A stretch of DNA of 64,000 bases from Cyanophora paradoxa CCMP329 (lineage: Eukaryota > Plantae > Glaucophyta), in contig QPMI01000593.1 of assembly GCA_004431415.1 (NCBI GenBank), positions 124,001 through 188,000 of the forward strand, read 5' to 3'. The position numbers and the translations under genes are program-made. Shown one piece after another: positions 36,450-48,609 of the stretch. The notes under the pieces are model-generated. The model was not told where the DNA came from and ran no database searches. It was given only the letters and a program-made list of their open reading frames with translations. Each line of letters opens with the position of its first letter. Position 1 is the first letter of the stretch.

Positions 36450-39400
36450 CTACAGATCGGAGAGGTCGAGGGCGGACTGGACGCGGGCGATGGCGCCGCC
36501 GCCGCTGAGGCCGGCGTACCCCAGGAAGCGCCCGACGGTGCCGAGGCGCCCCGCGAGGCGGGAGATCCAGGCGGAGAGGGACTTGGCGCGGGCGCGGGCC
36601 GCGGGGCTCGTCGCGGCGACGGCGCGCAGCACGGCGCGCACGTTCTGCGAGAAGTGCTCCGCGCTGAGGACCTGCGCTCGCCCCGTCAAGTCTCGCAGAG
36701 AAGCTTAGGGTGGGGGCGGGGTGCACCGTCATCGTGAGGGAGAGCTGGAGGAGGGCGCGGGGCCGGAGGAGCCCCTTCACGAAGGCGCCGAGCACGTGCG
36801 CGCTCCGCATCCGCCTCGCGGACGCCTCGCTCAGCATCAGCGGCAGCGCCACGGGGCCCAGCTGGGGGTACGTCAGTTAAGTAGGACGGGGGGGGGGCAG
36901 AAGCTGGGGGGGTACCAGGAGGCGGAGGACGTGGGGCCGGAGGAGGAGGGGCATGCAGTCGGGCCCGAAGAGGAGGGGTACGACCTCCGGGCTGAAGAGG
37001 AGCCGCGCGTTCTCCTCGTTGTCGAGGAGGAAGGGGGCGTTGTGCTCGGCGAAGAGGAGCGGGGCGACGAGGGGCGAGAGCAGGAGGTCCACGTAGGGGC
37101 GCGTGAGGAGGATGCGCGCCACGTGCGGCTCGAACAGGAAGCGGGCGGTCGGGGGCGAGAGGAGCAGCGGGCCGCACTCGGGGCCGAGGAGGAGCGGGGC
37201 GATGTGGGGGCCCATCAGGTGCGGGGCGGCGCGGGGGCCCAACAAGTGCTCGGCCACTCCAGGCTGGAGGAGCAGGGCAGCGACGCGGGGCGAGAGGAGG
37301 ACGGGGCCGAAGTGGGGCGAGTAGAGGTGCGGGCCGAAGTCCGGGCCGAGGAGGAGTCCAGCCGCGTGCTCGCCGAACATGAGGGGCGCCGTCTCCGGGC
37401 TGATGACCAGCGGCGCGGTCTCGGGGCTGAGGAGGGCCGGGCCCGCGACGGGCCCGAGCATGGCGGCGCCGACGGGGCCGCTGAAGAGGAGCGGGGCGAG
37501 GCGGCGGGAGAAGAGGACCCGCGTGTTGTGCGGGGCGAGCATCAAGCGAACGTTCTCCACGGCGAACATGTGGCGGGTGATGTGCGGCGCGAAGAAGGCC
37601 TCGGCGAGGGCGGGCGATAGGAGCCGGGGGGCCACGTTGCGGAGGAGCAGGGGGCCGGCGACGGGACCCAGGAGCAGCTCGGAGACGTGGGGCGAGAAGA
37701 GGAGCGGGGCGACGTGGGGCGAGAGCAGGTGCGGGGCCGCGACGGGGCCGGAGAGGAGGGGGCCCATCTCGGGGCCGAGGAGGAGGGCGGCGCAGTGCGG
37801 GGCGAGGATGACGGGGGCGAGCTCGGGGGAGAGGAGGCGCTCGGCGACGGGCGGGGAGAAGAGGAGCGGGGCGACCGAGGGTCCCAGGAGGTGCGCGGCC
37901 ACGCGGGCGTTGAGGACGTGGCGGGCGGTCGAGGGCGAGAGGAGGCGGCGGGCGTTGTCCGGGGAGAGGAGCAGGGGCAGGAAGCGCGGGCCGAAGAGCA
38001 GGGGCGCCACGGAGGGGCTGTACAGGAGCTGCAGGACGTGCTCCTGGCTGCGAAAGGGCGGAGGAAAACTCAGCCCAGAGATAATTCGAGGAGAGCATAG
38101 ATAGATGGATGGATACCTGAAGAGGGGGGCGCTCTGCTCGGAGATGGTGGCGTGGGCGGCGGGGCCCTCGAGGAGCAGCCGGCCCATGGCGGGCGAGAAG
38201 GTGGCGGGGGCGAGCAGCCGGTTGAAGAAGAGGGGCGCCAGGGGCCGCGAGAGGGCGACGGGGAGCACGGCCGAGACGAGCGCGTGGTTCACGGCGCCCC
38301 CCGCGCGCGCCACGATCGGCACGACCGCGCGCAGCGGCGTGTGCGTCGTCACGAAGCGCACCAGCGGCGCCCCGAAGATCATCGAGGTCATCTGCGCTAG
38401 ATTTAAGGGGGGGGCGGGGAAGCGAGGCGGGGTACGACGCGCCTTCGGGTTGGCGAGGGCGACGGCGGCGGCGCGCTGTGCGAGGAGGGGGGCCAAGGGC
38501 CCCACAAAGTACAGGGAGGCCCCCACGCCGGCGACCTTGGCCGCCTGGGCCGCCAGCCAGCCGACCCAGGAGCCCAGCCCGGAGCCCTCCTCGCCCGCCT
38601 CCACAAGCCTCGATTCCTGTACCCCCTCGCCCTCCTCGCCCGCCTCGGAGGGCGGGGCCGAGGCCTCGCCATCGGGTCCGCCCGCCTCGGAGGCGGCGCG
38701 CTGGGCGTCCCACAGCGCCTTGGGGATCATCTGGCTCGTGTGCACCTCCTCCTCCACTCCCTCCTCCTCCTTTTCCGGCCCCTGCCGCGGGAAGAGAGGA
38801 GGTCAGCCGGGGAGCGGGCGGGCGGGAGGGGAGGAGCCGCGCACCTCGCGCGGGGGGGCGGTCGGGGCCTCGGGCGCCGCTTGTTCCTCCTCGACGGGGG
38901 CGGGCGGGCGGGCGGGGGATACGCGGCGGAACGCGTGCGGGGAGCGGAAGGCGGAGGCGATGTCGTGGGGGGAGGGGGGGGCGAGGCCCCGCGGGCCCTC
39001 CGAGGGGGGGCTACCCGGGAGCGACTGCTCCCCGGGGGATATGGGGTCCTGCGGGGCGGGGCGGGGCACGGCGGCTCAGCGGGGCGCGGGTGGCGCAGGC
39101 GGGGGCGGCACGCACTGGGCACTCGGAGGCCGAATCGCCGAGCTCGGAGAGGGGAGCGCGGGAGGAGCGGACGCGGCGCAGCGGCGTCGAGCGGCCCGAC
39201 TCGCTGGCGGCGTCGGCGTCCAGCAGGGCCGCGAAGATCTGCAGGCAGCTCTGCGCCACGCTCGCGTGCGGGCCGGCGGAGAGCCCATCGAATCCGAAGT
39301 CGCCCGCGCCGCCCGCGGAGGCGAGGTCGCCTCCGTCCGCAAAGTTGGCGACGGATACGGCCCTCCGCATCGGGACCGCGGCCGCCGGGGCCGGCGAGGC

Positions 39401-39718
39401 GTCACGATTCCTCGATCGAATCTCGCCCACATCCGCGAAGCTGGCCGGCCCGCGCGGCGCGGGCGACCTCGTCTTGCGCGGTTCAACGTCGTTCAAGGCG
39501 CTGTCGGCGACGTAGCGGGCCAGGAGGTCGAAGTCCGAGAGGCTGTTGTTGCGCGGGAGTCCGCAGCTGGAGGCGACCGACGGCGGGAAGAGCTTCCGGT
39601 CCCGCGCGCGTATCGACGCTGAAGGCGGCCTTGGGCTGTTCCTGGGGCTGGGCGTCCCGTTCGCCGCCGCAGCAAACTGCGTGCGCGACCGAGGCCGCCC
39701 CGGTTGCGGGGTGGACAT
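36450..39718 (-). CDS. Hypothetical protein with a ~40-fold 9-residue hydrophobic repeat (consensus ~[SG]PxVAPLL[FL])
   Basis: ATG 39718 (MSTPQPGRP...); Ser-rich N-terminus; long repeat exon ~36900-38050; ends ...VQSALDLSDL*. Confidence 0.75.
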
Positions 39719-40367
39719 GGTGCGGCGCGCGCGGGCTGAGCGGAATTGACGCTATACGAGCGTGCTGTATGTGCTGACAGGCTAGCTACGCTGGTGCCGC
39801 TCGCCGGCGGGAACCGGTTGAACCGCCCTGCGGCCCGGGAAGGACGGCGACTGCGCGCTCTGTCGAGGGAGCCTGGGAAAGGCCTTGTACGTCAGAATGG
39901 AAGCTGCTGTGTGAGCAGGAAGGTTGCCCGCACCCCGATGACGCTCAAACAGCGCGTGCTAGCGTTGAAACGGCGAAGGCCGGGGATGAGCTGGTGCTCT
40001 CTTTTAGCCCCCAGAGGCTAGCTGAAGCGTCGGAACGCGGCCGACAGCTCGGATAATGCACGCTGGCTGGCAGTGGCTGCTCGTGCCGGGGTATTGGCGC
40101 CAAGCGATCATCGACCCAGCATTGGCCGCGGTGACCGCTAGCCCGTACAGCCGGGGCGCTCTAGAATTGCGCTGGGCATGCAGAAACGGGGCTGGGAGTC
40201 AATCGCCGGGTCGCGCTGGCGAAGCCTACGAATTCGATCTCCCACGTATGTACGCCATTCGCACGCCGTGTGAATTCACGCCCCGGCGGTTGCGCACTGT
40301 CTCTCTAGCTGCAAACGAAACATATAATTTCATTCTCTGATAGATAAACTAGACTACACGCCAGCAG

Positions 40368-41738
40368 CTAGGGGCTCGCCGGCGGCGTAAGGTTGGGGCG
40401 GTCTTTGGGCCACGCGCTGAGCGTGAGCCCCGCGGGCGGAGCGATGAACTCGCCGTTCTTCATCGTGCCGAATTTATCCTGCGAGAGGTGGTGCGGGCCG
40501 CCCTCCGGCCAGATCGTGTCGGGGCACATGCCGGCCTTGATGTTGAAGTCGATCAAGTGGTCGTCCCCTGCCCCAGCGCGGCACCCGGCAACGGCTCGCT
40601 TGACGGAAGGCGCGGGGGCGGACAGCAAGCTTAAGATACGCGAGGCGCGCACCGCGGAAGTAGAACCACCCGTGGAAGTACCTGCGAGGGGCCCGGGCCA
40701 GGGCAGTCGACGTCAGGGTACGCGTCAAAAAGAGACGGGAGGGATAGGGGGAGGGGCCGCACGTGTTGGCGAGGAAGAGGGGCAGCCAGTACCGGTCGTC
40801 AAGCCTGGTGCCTTTGCGTTAGCTGCGAACTGAACACAATCTACCCCGTACCCCTACCACGCGCAGCCCGCTCTACCCCTACCCCTACCCCTAATCCACG
40901 AAGGAGAAGCGGCCCAGCCGGAGCCCGCAAGAGCCTGGGGAGGGGCGCACGTACCACATCTTGTCGAGAGGGATCTCCTTCTCGTGATACTGCACATCGC
41001 TCAGATCCTCGCTCAGAGGGGGTGGGGTGAATTCACGAAGCCGCTCACCCACTGCGGTTTCATCTGCAGCCGGGCGCGGGCGTAAGGGGCGGCAGTCGCG
41101 GGCCGGGCGCCCTCGAGCTCGGAAGGAGCGCACCTCTTCGGTCTCGTGGGGCTCGCCATCCCACTCGTGGACGGCGAACACGTGGACCTGGGCGCGCCCC
41201 GCCGAGTGAGCCGCCCCGCGCTGGCTACCGCGCGTCCCGGCCCTGCCTGCAGCGGCGTGGAGAAGGAGGGGTCCGTCCTGCGAGCGCGCGGCGGGGCGCG
41301 GCAGCAGTCAGTACGGTGCGTCGACACGCGGCGCGCGCTCTCGAGCTCACCAGTCGAAATCCAGAACGCCCCGGTGAAACATGGCGCTGCGGGATCGCCG
41401 GATGCGTGAGCCGCAGAACAGGAAGCGCGCCGGTAGAGAGCGCACCGCGCTTTGATGCCGGCCTCCTCATAGAGCTCGCGGTGAGCGGCCTGCGGCGGCG
41501 CAAGGCGTTTAGCGGCGGCAGAGCACTAGAACCCCAAAGCGCCGAGCGGACGCGGCGCCGCCGCACGCGCGCACACCTGCTCCAAGGTTTCACCCTGCTC
41601 GAGCTTCCCGCCGAAGCCATTCCAGAAGCCCTGGCCGAACCCGCGCTTCTTCTGACCGAGCAAAACGTGCCCTTCCTTGCGGACAAGGACGAGCGTGAGG
41701 ATCTTGCGCGTGTTGAACGCGGCGGTCGGAGCCGCCAT
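40368..41738 (-). CDS. NUDT1: Nudix hydrolase, 8-oxo-dGTPase MTH1/NUDT1
   Basis: TLVLV...VLLGQKKRGFGQGFWNGFGGKLEQGETLEQ/AAHRELYEEAGI (Nudix box); VHVFA...GEPHETEE/MKPQW...IPLDKMW..DDRYWLPLFL. Confidence 0.92.
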
Positions 41739-42000
41739 AGCTGAGCGAACGCACAGCCACCCGCCGCTGCCGCGGTTGTTAAGCATGCGATCGGCGCGGT
41801 CAACGCTACTTTACCGCCGCGAGCAGCGTACCTGCTGTCGACTGTGCACTGGCCTTGGCAGCGACTCGGCGGCGACTCGGCAGCGAGCTCGTCTCCGCGT
41901 GCAGCTAGCAGAGCGTTAGCTGCGAGTCACGTCGATTCGTCTCTCCTGCGCCGGCTGAACGGACGCTACGCAATGTACGCACTCCGACCCGGGTATTGCA

Positions 42001-43040
42001 ATGACCGCATTCACGACCTGCGCTCTCGCCGGCAGCCAGCGCACGTGCAACCCCGCGGCCGCCGCAAACCCGCATCGCCTCAGCGCGCACAGGTCGGCTT
42101 TTGTTGCACCGGCGGTCCGTCCGGCAGTCGCGCCTTTCAGCTTCTCCGGCGCATCCCAGCCGCGTACGTCGAGCGCCCGCGTACGTCGCACATTCCAGCC
42201 CGCCCAAATGAGCTACCAGCTGCACGTCGAACAGTCGGGGGCCGCGATCTCCGACGCCCTCGCGCCGTTCATCGTCGACTACTGCAAAAAGGCCGTCGCC
42301 GAGCGCGGCGCGGTCACGGCGGCGATCTCCGGCGGCTCTCTGCCGAAGCTCTTCGCGGCGACGCTCGGGAAGGCGCCGTGGAAGGACCAGGTCGATTGGA
42401 GCAAGTGGCACCTCTTCTGGGCGGACGAGCGCTGCGTCCCGCTCGACCACCCGGACTCGAATTACCTGCTCGTGAAGCAGCAGCTGCTCGACGTCGTCGG
42501 CATTCCCGCGAGCCAGGTGTACGCGGTCAAGACGGAGCTGCCGCCCGCCGAAGCGGCCACGGCGTACGAGGCGGCCGTCCGCGGCTGCGCGCCGCTGTGG
42601 AAGGAGGGCGGCGCACTGCCGCGCTTCGACCTCATGCTGCTCGGAATGGGCCCGGACGGCCACACCGCGTCTCTTTTCCCGGGCCACGCGCTCCTGCAGG
42701 AGTCGACCAAGCTGGTCGCGCCCATCTTCGACTCGCCGAAGCCGCCCCCGTCGCGCGTGACGCTCACGCTCCCCGTCCTCAACGCCTCACGCGTCGTCGC
42801 CTTCGTCTCCACGGGCGCGGAGAAGGCCGACGTGCTCGAGAAGATCCTCGAGGACGACGTGCGCGCCCCGCTCCGCTCCGCAGCGCCACGCCGCCCGTCG
42901 CTCGCGCTCACGCCCGATCTCGCGCGCCTCTGCAGGCGGCCGATCCGACGACCGTCCCCTCGAAGCTCGTGAAGCCGACGGCCGGCGCGCTGCACTGGTT
43001 CATCGACACGGGCGCCGCCTCCAAGCTCAAGCGCAAGTGA
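42001..43040 (+). CDS. PGL: 6-phosphogluconolactonase with a putative plastid transit peptide
   Basis: AISGGSLPK, WHLFWADERCVPLDHPDSNY, FDLMLLGMGPDGHTASLFPGH, DSPKPPPSRVTLTLPVLN; one intron at ~42859-42935; ~69-aa Ala/Ser/Arg-rich extension starting MTAF. Confidence 0.95.
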
Positions 43041-43423
43041 CTGCCCCGGCCCCGGCCCGGGCCCCGCTTGTAGCTCCCGGTGCGCCGCCTCCGTCTCCTT
43101 TACGCCCTCCGCTCAGCATCTGCGCTGCGCGCGCTGATCTTCACTGCAGCTGCGGCTGGGAGGCGATCGATTCGACTTCGTGATCCTATGCAGCACAGCG
43201 CCTTCCGAGTTCCCGCCCAGCCGACTCCAGTCTTTCTCTAAATAACAGCACCACTTTGAAATTTTCAGCAGCAGCCGCTCTTGCTTCCCCTCCTGTGAAG
43301 GGAGGGCCGAGGGCGGGCCCCGGGCCGGGGTACCTTGATGGGGTACCCCCCGGGGGGGGGGGGGGGGGGGGGACTGGGGCGCGCCTTGTGGCCGCCGAGG
43401 CATTTCACAGCTGTCAGCGTCTC

Positions 43424-44080
43424 CTAAGACCAGACGCGGACCTGGGAGAGGGAAAGGATTATCGGGGGGTATGGCTGCACGCGGGGATCAAGGTGTACCG
43501 TGTTGTCTTCGGAGCCGGAGAAGATCACGTTATTGTGCTCCACGATTGAGTAGATCTCCCGCTGGTGGCCCTGCGCCCCGCGCTCAAGGGGTACAGGCAC
43601 AGGGATGGGGTACGGCACCTGCAGGACCTTCACGCAGACATTGCTCCGCGTGTCCCACACCCGGATCGTCGAGTCTTGCAATTGCGCCCCTGAAACGGCA
43701 TACCTAGGCCTCCGCACACGCTCCTCGAGCTCCAGCCCGCGTCAGCGCGCCCGCCGGCGATATGCGGAGCGGGGAATGCGCTTGCGCCATGACCGGCGCC
43801 GCTTCGGCGGCCGCCGCCCGCCGTTCTGCCTCTTCCGGGATCCTCTAGATCTTCACGCCGGCGCCGCTGCTTTGAAGACGAGTCCTTCGTCGACGCCTCC
43901 CTTCGCCGCGCGTACTCCGCCCGCAGGGCGTCGTTCTCCGCCTCCGCCTGTCATGATCAGCTGCAGCTAGTGCTTCAGGCTTCGCCGCGAACTGGGCATG
44001 CCGTCGCGCGCCGTACGCGTCTGAGGCCTAGGGGCTGAAACTCCGGTCCGGACCTCCATGAAAACTTCCTCCTCGCTCAT
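43424..44080 (-). CDS. Short gene: coiled-coil stretch followed by ~1.5-2 WD40 repeats (possibly truncated or a pseudogene)
   Basis: SGAQLQDSTIRVWDTRSNVCVKVLQ/GHQREIYSIVEHNNVIFSGSEDNT/VRVWS*; upstream MSEEEVFME and AEAENDALRAEYARRRE. Confidence 0.55.
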
Positions 44081-44409
44081 ATATGCATGCCGGAGTATAC
44101 GTCGACCAGCGCGACGCGCAGGCGCTCTTAAAAGCTTCCCACGTCACAACCTCGCCCTCCGTCGCGCGGCCTGTCGGCGAGTGCCGCGCGCTGCTCCATA
44201 TGCTGTCGTTGCTGGGCTCCGGCGCCGGCTGGGCTCACGAAAGATGATATCGATGGGAAGCTGTTTCGGCTCACAGTGCTTCGCTCGCTTTCACGCTGAG
44301 CTCGAGGGGTCGCGTTTTTTTCGTGATCGTTTGGTTGGCGGGTCGACTCGGCGTGGGGCAGTTTGTTCTCGGGTGTCTCGGCGTTTTTCTACAGCTAGGG
44401 CTTCCAGCG

Positions 44410-46584
44410 ATGGAGGCGGCTTTCGTTGCGGGCGTGCCCGCATGTGTTCCGTTCACCAGCCGCGCCGTTGGCGCGAGCTCGGTGCGCACGAGCCAGCGGG
44501 CGGCCCCGGCTGCGCTGCGGCGGGCGCCCCGGCTGGACGCCGCGCGCTCTTTCTTCGGCAACGGGCGCCTCCTCGCTTCCTCCCCGCGCACGCCCCAGCA
44601 CCGGGAGTTCGCGGTCCACGCGGTGTCGGTCCCTACCTCTTCCCCTGCCGCCCCGGCTGCCGAGAAGCCGAAGTGGGACGAACTCCCGCCTCTCCCCTTC
44701 TCGTTCTCCAAGGTGCGCACGCCGCTCGTGCCACGCGCCAGAACGATCTGCCACTCTTCACCCTCGCGTTCCCCGCCCCGCCACGGCCTCAGCCGACGTC
44801 CTCTTTTAGCGCTGACTTTAATCCGCTAGTAAAGCGCACCGCCCCCCCTTCACCTCCCCTTGCTCGATTTGCATCACGTGCCGCTTACGCGCGGTCCGTC
44901 CAACGTACGCAGCTCCGCCGCGCGATTCCGGAGCACTGCTTCGAGCCGGATACATGGCGCTCGATGACTTTCGCTATCCGTGACTTCGCCATCGTCGGCG
45001 GCCTGCTCGCTGGAGTCTGGGGCCTCAACGCGGTCCTGCCCGTCTGGGCGATGGCCCTCGTCTGGCCGCTCTACTGGGTGTGCCAGGGAACCGTAAGCCA
45101 TTTCTTTTCGTTCCTTAATCGCCGTTCGCGGCGGCGCGGCCCCGGTGCCTCGTTCGACCCGCCGACGCCGACGTTCGCCCCGCGCCAGATGTTCTGGGCG
45201 CTCTTCGTCGTCGGGCACGACTGCGGCCACGGCTCCTTCTCGAAGGACAACAACATTAACAGCATCATGGGTGCGCGCGGCCGCGGCCGCCCCACCGGCT
45301 CGCTCCCCGCCGCGGGCGGCCGGCTCAGGCCTGAGTCGCCCCCGATCGCGTGTGCAGGCCACATCACGCACACTCCGATCCTCGTGCCGTACCACTCCTG
45401 GCGCATGAGGTTCGCACCAGTGATTCGGCGATTCTCCCTATCCCCCGGGCGGCCCTGACTCCCCAACCCGCAGCCACGCGTACCACCACGCTATGACGGG
45501 CAACGTCGACGAGGACGAGAGCTGGTACCCCATCACCCGCGAGGTTTCTACCCCAGACGACCCCTCCCCTCTCCCCTCGCCCCTTCGCGCCGCTCACCCG
45601 CGCCGCCGCCGCGGCCGGCAGGACTACGAGAAGATGAAGGCGCGGGACCGCGCGGCACGCTTCGAGCTGCCCTGGTTCCTCCTCCTCTGGCCCCTCTACC
45701 TCCTCGGCGCCCGCGGCAAGAACGGCGACTCCAAGAGCCACTTCGACCCGAACATGGACCTTTTCAAGAAGCCCCAGCAGAAGGCGCGCGCGCGCCCTCC
45801 ACCCCCCGCCCTTGTTTCCTCCCGCTGTTCTGACGACGGCGCGCGCGAGCAGAAGGACGTCGTGGTCTCGACGCTGGCGTGCGCCGGCTGGATCGGCGCG
45901 CTGGTCGCCGCCTCCACCAAGTTCGGCGCCGCGGCCGTCCTCGCGAGCTACCTCCCCCCCTACATCATCTTCTCCGCGTGGCTTGCCCTCGTCACCTACC
46001 TCCACCACACCGACCAGTCCAGTGCGCCGCCGCCGGAGCCGGCGTCGCCTCGCCCCGCCTCCCCCTGTCTGCGGCTGACGGGGCTCCGCTTCGCAGTCCC
46101 GTGGTACCGGAAGGGTACGTGGCGGAAGCTGCGGGGCGCCCTCTCGACCATCGACCGCGACTACGGCGACTTCATCAACAACATCCACCACGACATCGGT
46201 GCGGCGTACCCCCCGCCCATCCCGTTCATCACGGTACCCCGGACGTCTTAGCGGCCGCGTCTGCGCAGGGACGCACGTGGTGCACCACCTGTTCCACACG
46301 ATCCCGCACTACCACATCGTGGAGGCGACGGAGGCGATCAAGCCGATCATGGGGCCCTGGTACCACAAGTCCGACATGGGCATCTGGGAGGGCCTCGTCG
46401 ACTCCTGGAAGAAGTGCCGGTGCGCCCAGCTCGGCCCTCCCTTCCTTTTTGAACCTTGGCTAAGTTCTCTTTCTTTCTCTCCGTCAGGTACGTGCCGGAC
46501 GGGAAGCCGGTGGTGCAGTACACGTGGCCCGAGAGTGAGGAGGAGGTCGAGTACCGCCGCGCCAAGAAGGCGGAGAGCAACTAG
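44410..46584 (+). CDS. Omega-3 (FAD3/FAD7/DesB-type) fatty acid desaturase with a putative plastid transit peptide
   Basis: His boxes HDCGH, HAYHH and HVVHH; [62 protein letters not shown]; N-terminus MEAAFVAG. Confidence 0.93.
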
Positions 46585-47261
46585 GGGAGGCGAGCCGAGG
46601 AGAAGAGAGGAGAGTGGGCAGGAGAGGAGACATCAATCGATGCCGCAGCTGTACTGTAGATGATTGAGTAGGGCCCTAGATCTGTAGCTAGACGCCGGGC
46701 CGGCAGCCGCCCCGGCTTTCACTTAAACGGATGCATGGTCACGATTACGGTTTTCTTTCTTTCTTTACCTTAAGCTTTGATTCACCAATGATTCAAACGA
46801 CAGACGGGATGTTTATGATAGCACTGGCATTACATACCATGTCAGATCATCGGATTCTGTGTACTGAAGAATGTGTAGCAATAGAACATGTTTTGCCTAC
46901 GTATATACGTCGCGGCCGCGGGGCGAGTTCGACACGGGCATCCTTAAAGCCTAGCTACAGCTAAAGGCTCGGGCCAGTCGACACCGATATCCGGGTCGAA
47001 TATTGATGCGGGGGATGCCAGCTGCAGGGGCCGCGGGCAGCGAGCGTGGGCCGACCCGACCCGGCCCGGAGGCCGGAGGCCAGAGGGGTGGAGAGGAGCG
47101 CGTCGGGCTGGCCATGGGCGCGCCTGCGAAGCGGGCTCGAGCTCAGCGGTCGAACTTCGGAGGGGTGGCGCATGGGAGGCAGGGCGGCTGCACCTCGGCG
47201 GCGGGGCGTCGAGGGGAGTGCAAAGGGCCGGCAGTCGTCGCCAGAACCGGGCCTGGCTCGC

Positions 47262-48609
47262 TCACGCGGGGCGGCGCCGGGCCCACTCCGCCTCGACGAA
47301 GGCGCGCACGGCGGCGTCGGTCCCTCCGCCGGCGGCCGCGTCGGCCCGCACCGCCTCCGCCAGGCCCGGCAGCGCCCGCAGCTCCTCCAGGAGGCTGCAA
47401 GGAGGATGAGCTAAATAGCTAAAGATTTACACAAAGTACAAGAAAGTAGACAGAGGGGTACCTGCCGAGGGGCTTGCCCGTGAGGCCCGTGACGGAGCGC
47501 AGGAGGGTCCCGTTGAAGCGGGCGGCCATGGCGCGCCGCTCCGCCCGCCGGCGCGCCGCCTCCTTCACGAGCTCCTCCTTTCCGAAGCGACGCAGCGCCC
47601 AGCTGCCAGTGCGCCCGGGCAAGTTCAGTGGGGTACGGCTCCAGTGGGAGGGGGTACACGCACTCGACCATGGAGCAGCCGGCGGGGCAGAAGTTGAGGC
47701 GGGGCCGGGGCGAGCCGGAGGGGGCGTACGGGGCGCCGGCCTCGGCGCGGGCGCGCAGCCAGGCGAGGAAGCGGGCGAACATGGGGCGCTTGAACTGCCG
47801 GCGCCGGTTCTCGTGGTTCAACGCCGCGCAGTCGTACGCTTTGGGATCGAAGAGCGGCGAGGCCGTCACGAAGTCGAAGGCCTCCTCGTAGGAGTCGAAC
47901 CCGCGGGCGAAGCGGTCGTAGTCGAAGCCGAGGAACTCGAAGCAGGCGCGCGGGTCCGAGGTCAGGTCCACGCGGGGCAGGTCCGAGTCGCCAAATTTGA
48001 TCCAGAGGCCCTCGGAGCCGTAGGTCAGGCCGACGTGGTGCGCGATCGTGCCCATGATGTTCTGCTCGGCCTCAGATCGATATCGAGCCGCGCGCTGTAT
48101 TTGAAAGCGTCAAATTAAAGGAGGGCGCACGCCGAGGTCGCCATAGCTCTTGTAGGTCAGGTGCATCTCGTACTCCGCCGGCTCGATGTACTTCTGCGCG
48201 GGGCTCAGCGGCGGCGCGTAATCGAAGCTTCGAGCTGAGCGGCTGAAGGCTCACGATGTCGACCTGGGCGCCGCGGAACTCGAACGAGACGGTGGAGTCG
48301 TTCTTCACGTACTCCTTCGCGTCGAGGAGGCGGGCCACCTCAGGGACAGCCGCGTCGTAGCTCGCGTGCTGCGCCGGCTCCGAGACGAGCAGGTCGATGT
48401 CGCCGTGGTCCACCTTGCAGCGGATGTGCGGCAGCACGTTCACGCGCCTGCGGGAGAGGCTCGGCGCAGGCGGGCGGTCAAGGGGATGACGCGGCGCGTC
48501 CGGACCTGAAGAGCGGCCTCAGGAGGGCGATGAGCTCCGCCACGAGCTCCAGGTACTCGGCGTTGGGCAGGCGCCGCGTCGGCCCGCTGCGGAGGGCGTT
48601 GCCGCCCAT
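47262..48609 (-). CDS. Pol-beta/PolX-like nucleotidyltransferase (MGGNAL family), intron-containing
   Basis: MGGNALRSGPTRRLPNAEY; KVDHGDIDLLV; AQVDI; YGDLG/NIMGTIAHHVGLTYGSEGL; DPRACFEFLGFDY; RPMFARFLAWL; RFNGTLLRSVTGLTGKPLG. Confidence 0.75.

Noticed and set aside
40840-40895. (CTACCC)n telomere-like run
   Set aside because: Short, not TTAGGG, and inside a NUDT1 intron
40368-46584. NUDT1-PGL-desaturase as an oxidative-stress gene cluster
   Set aside because: The functional link is loose and adjacency in a compact genome is expected by chance; no shared regulatory motif was seen
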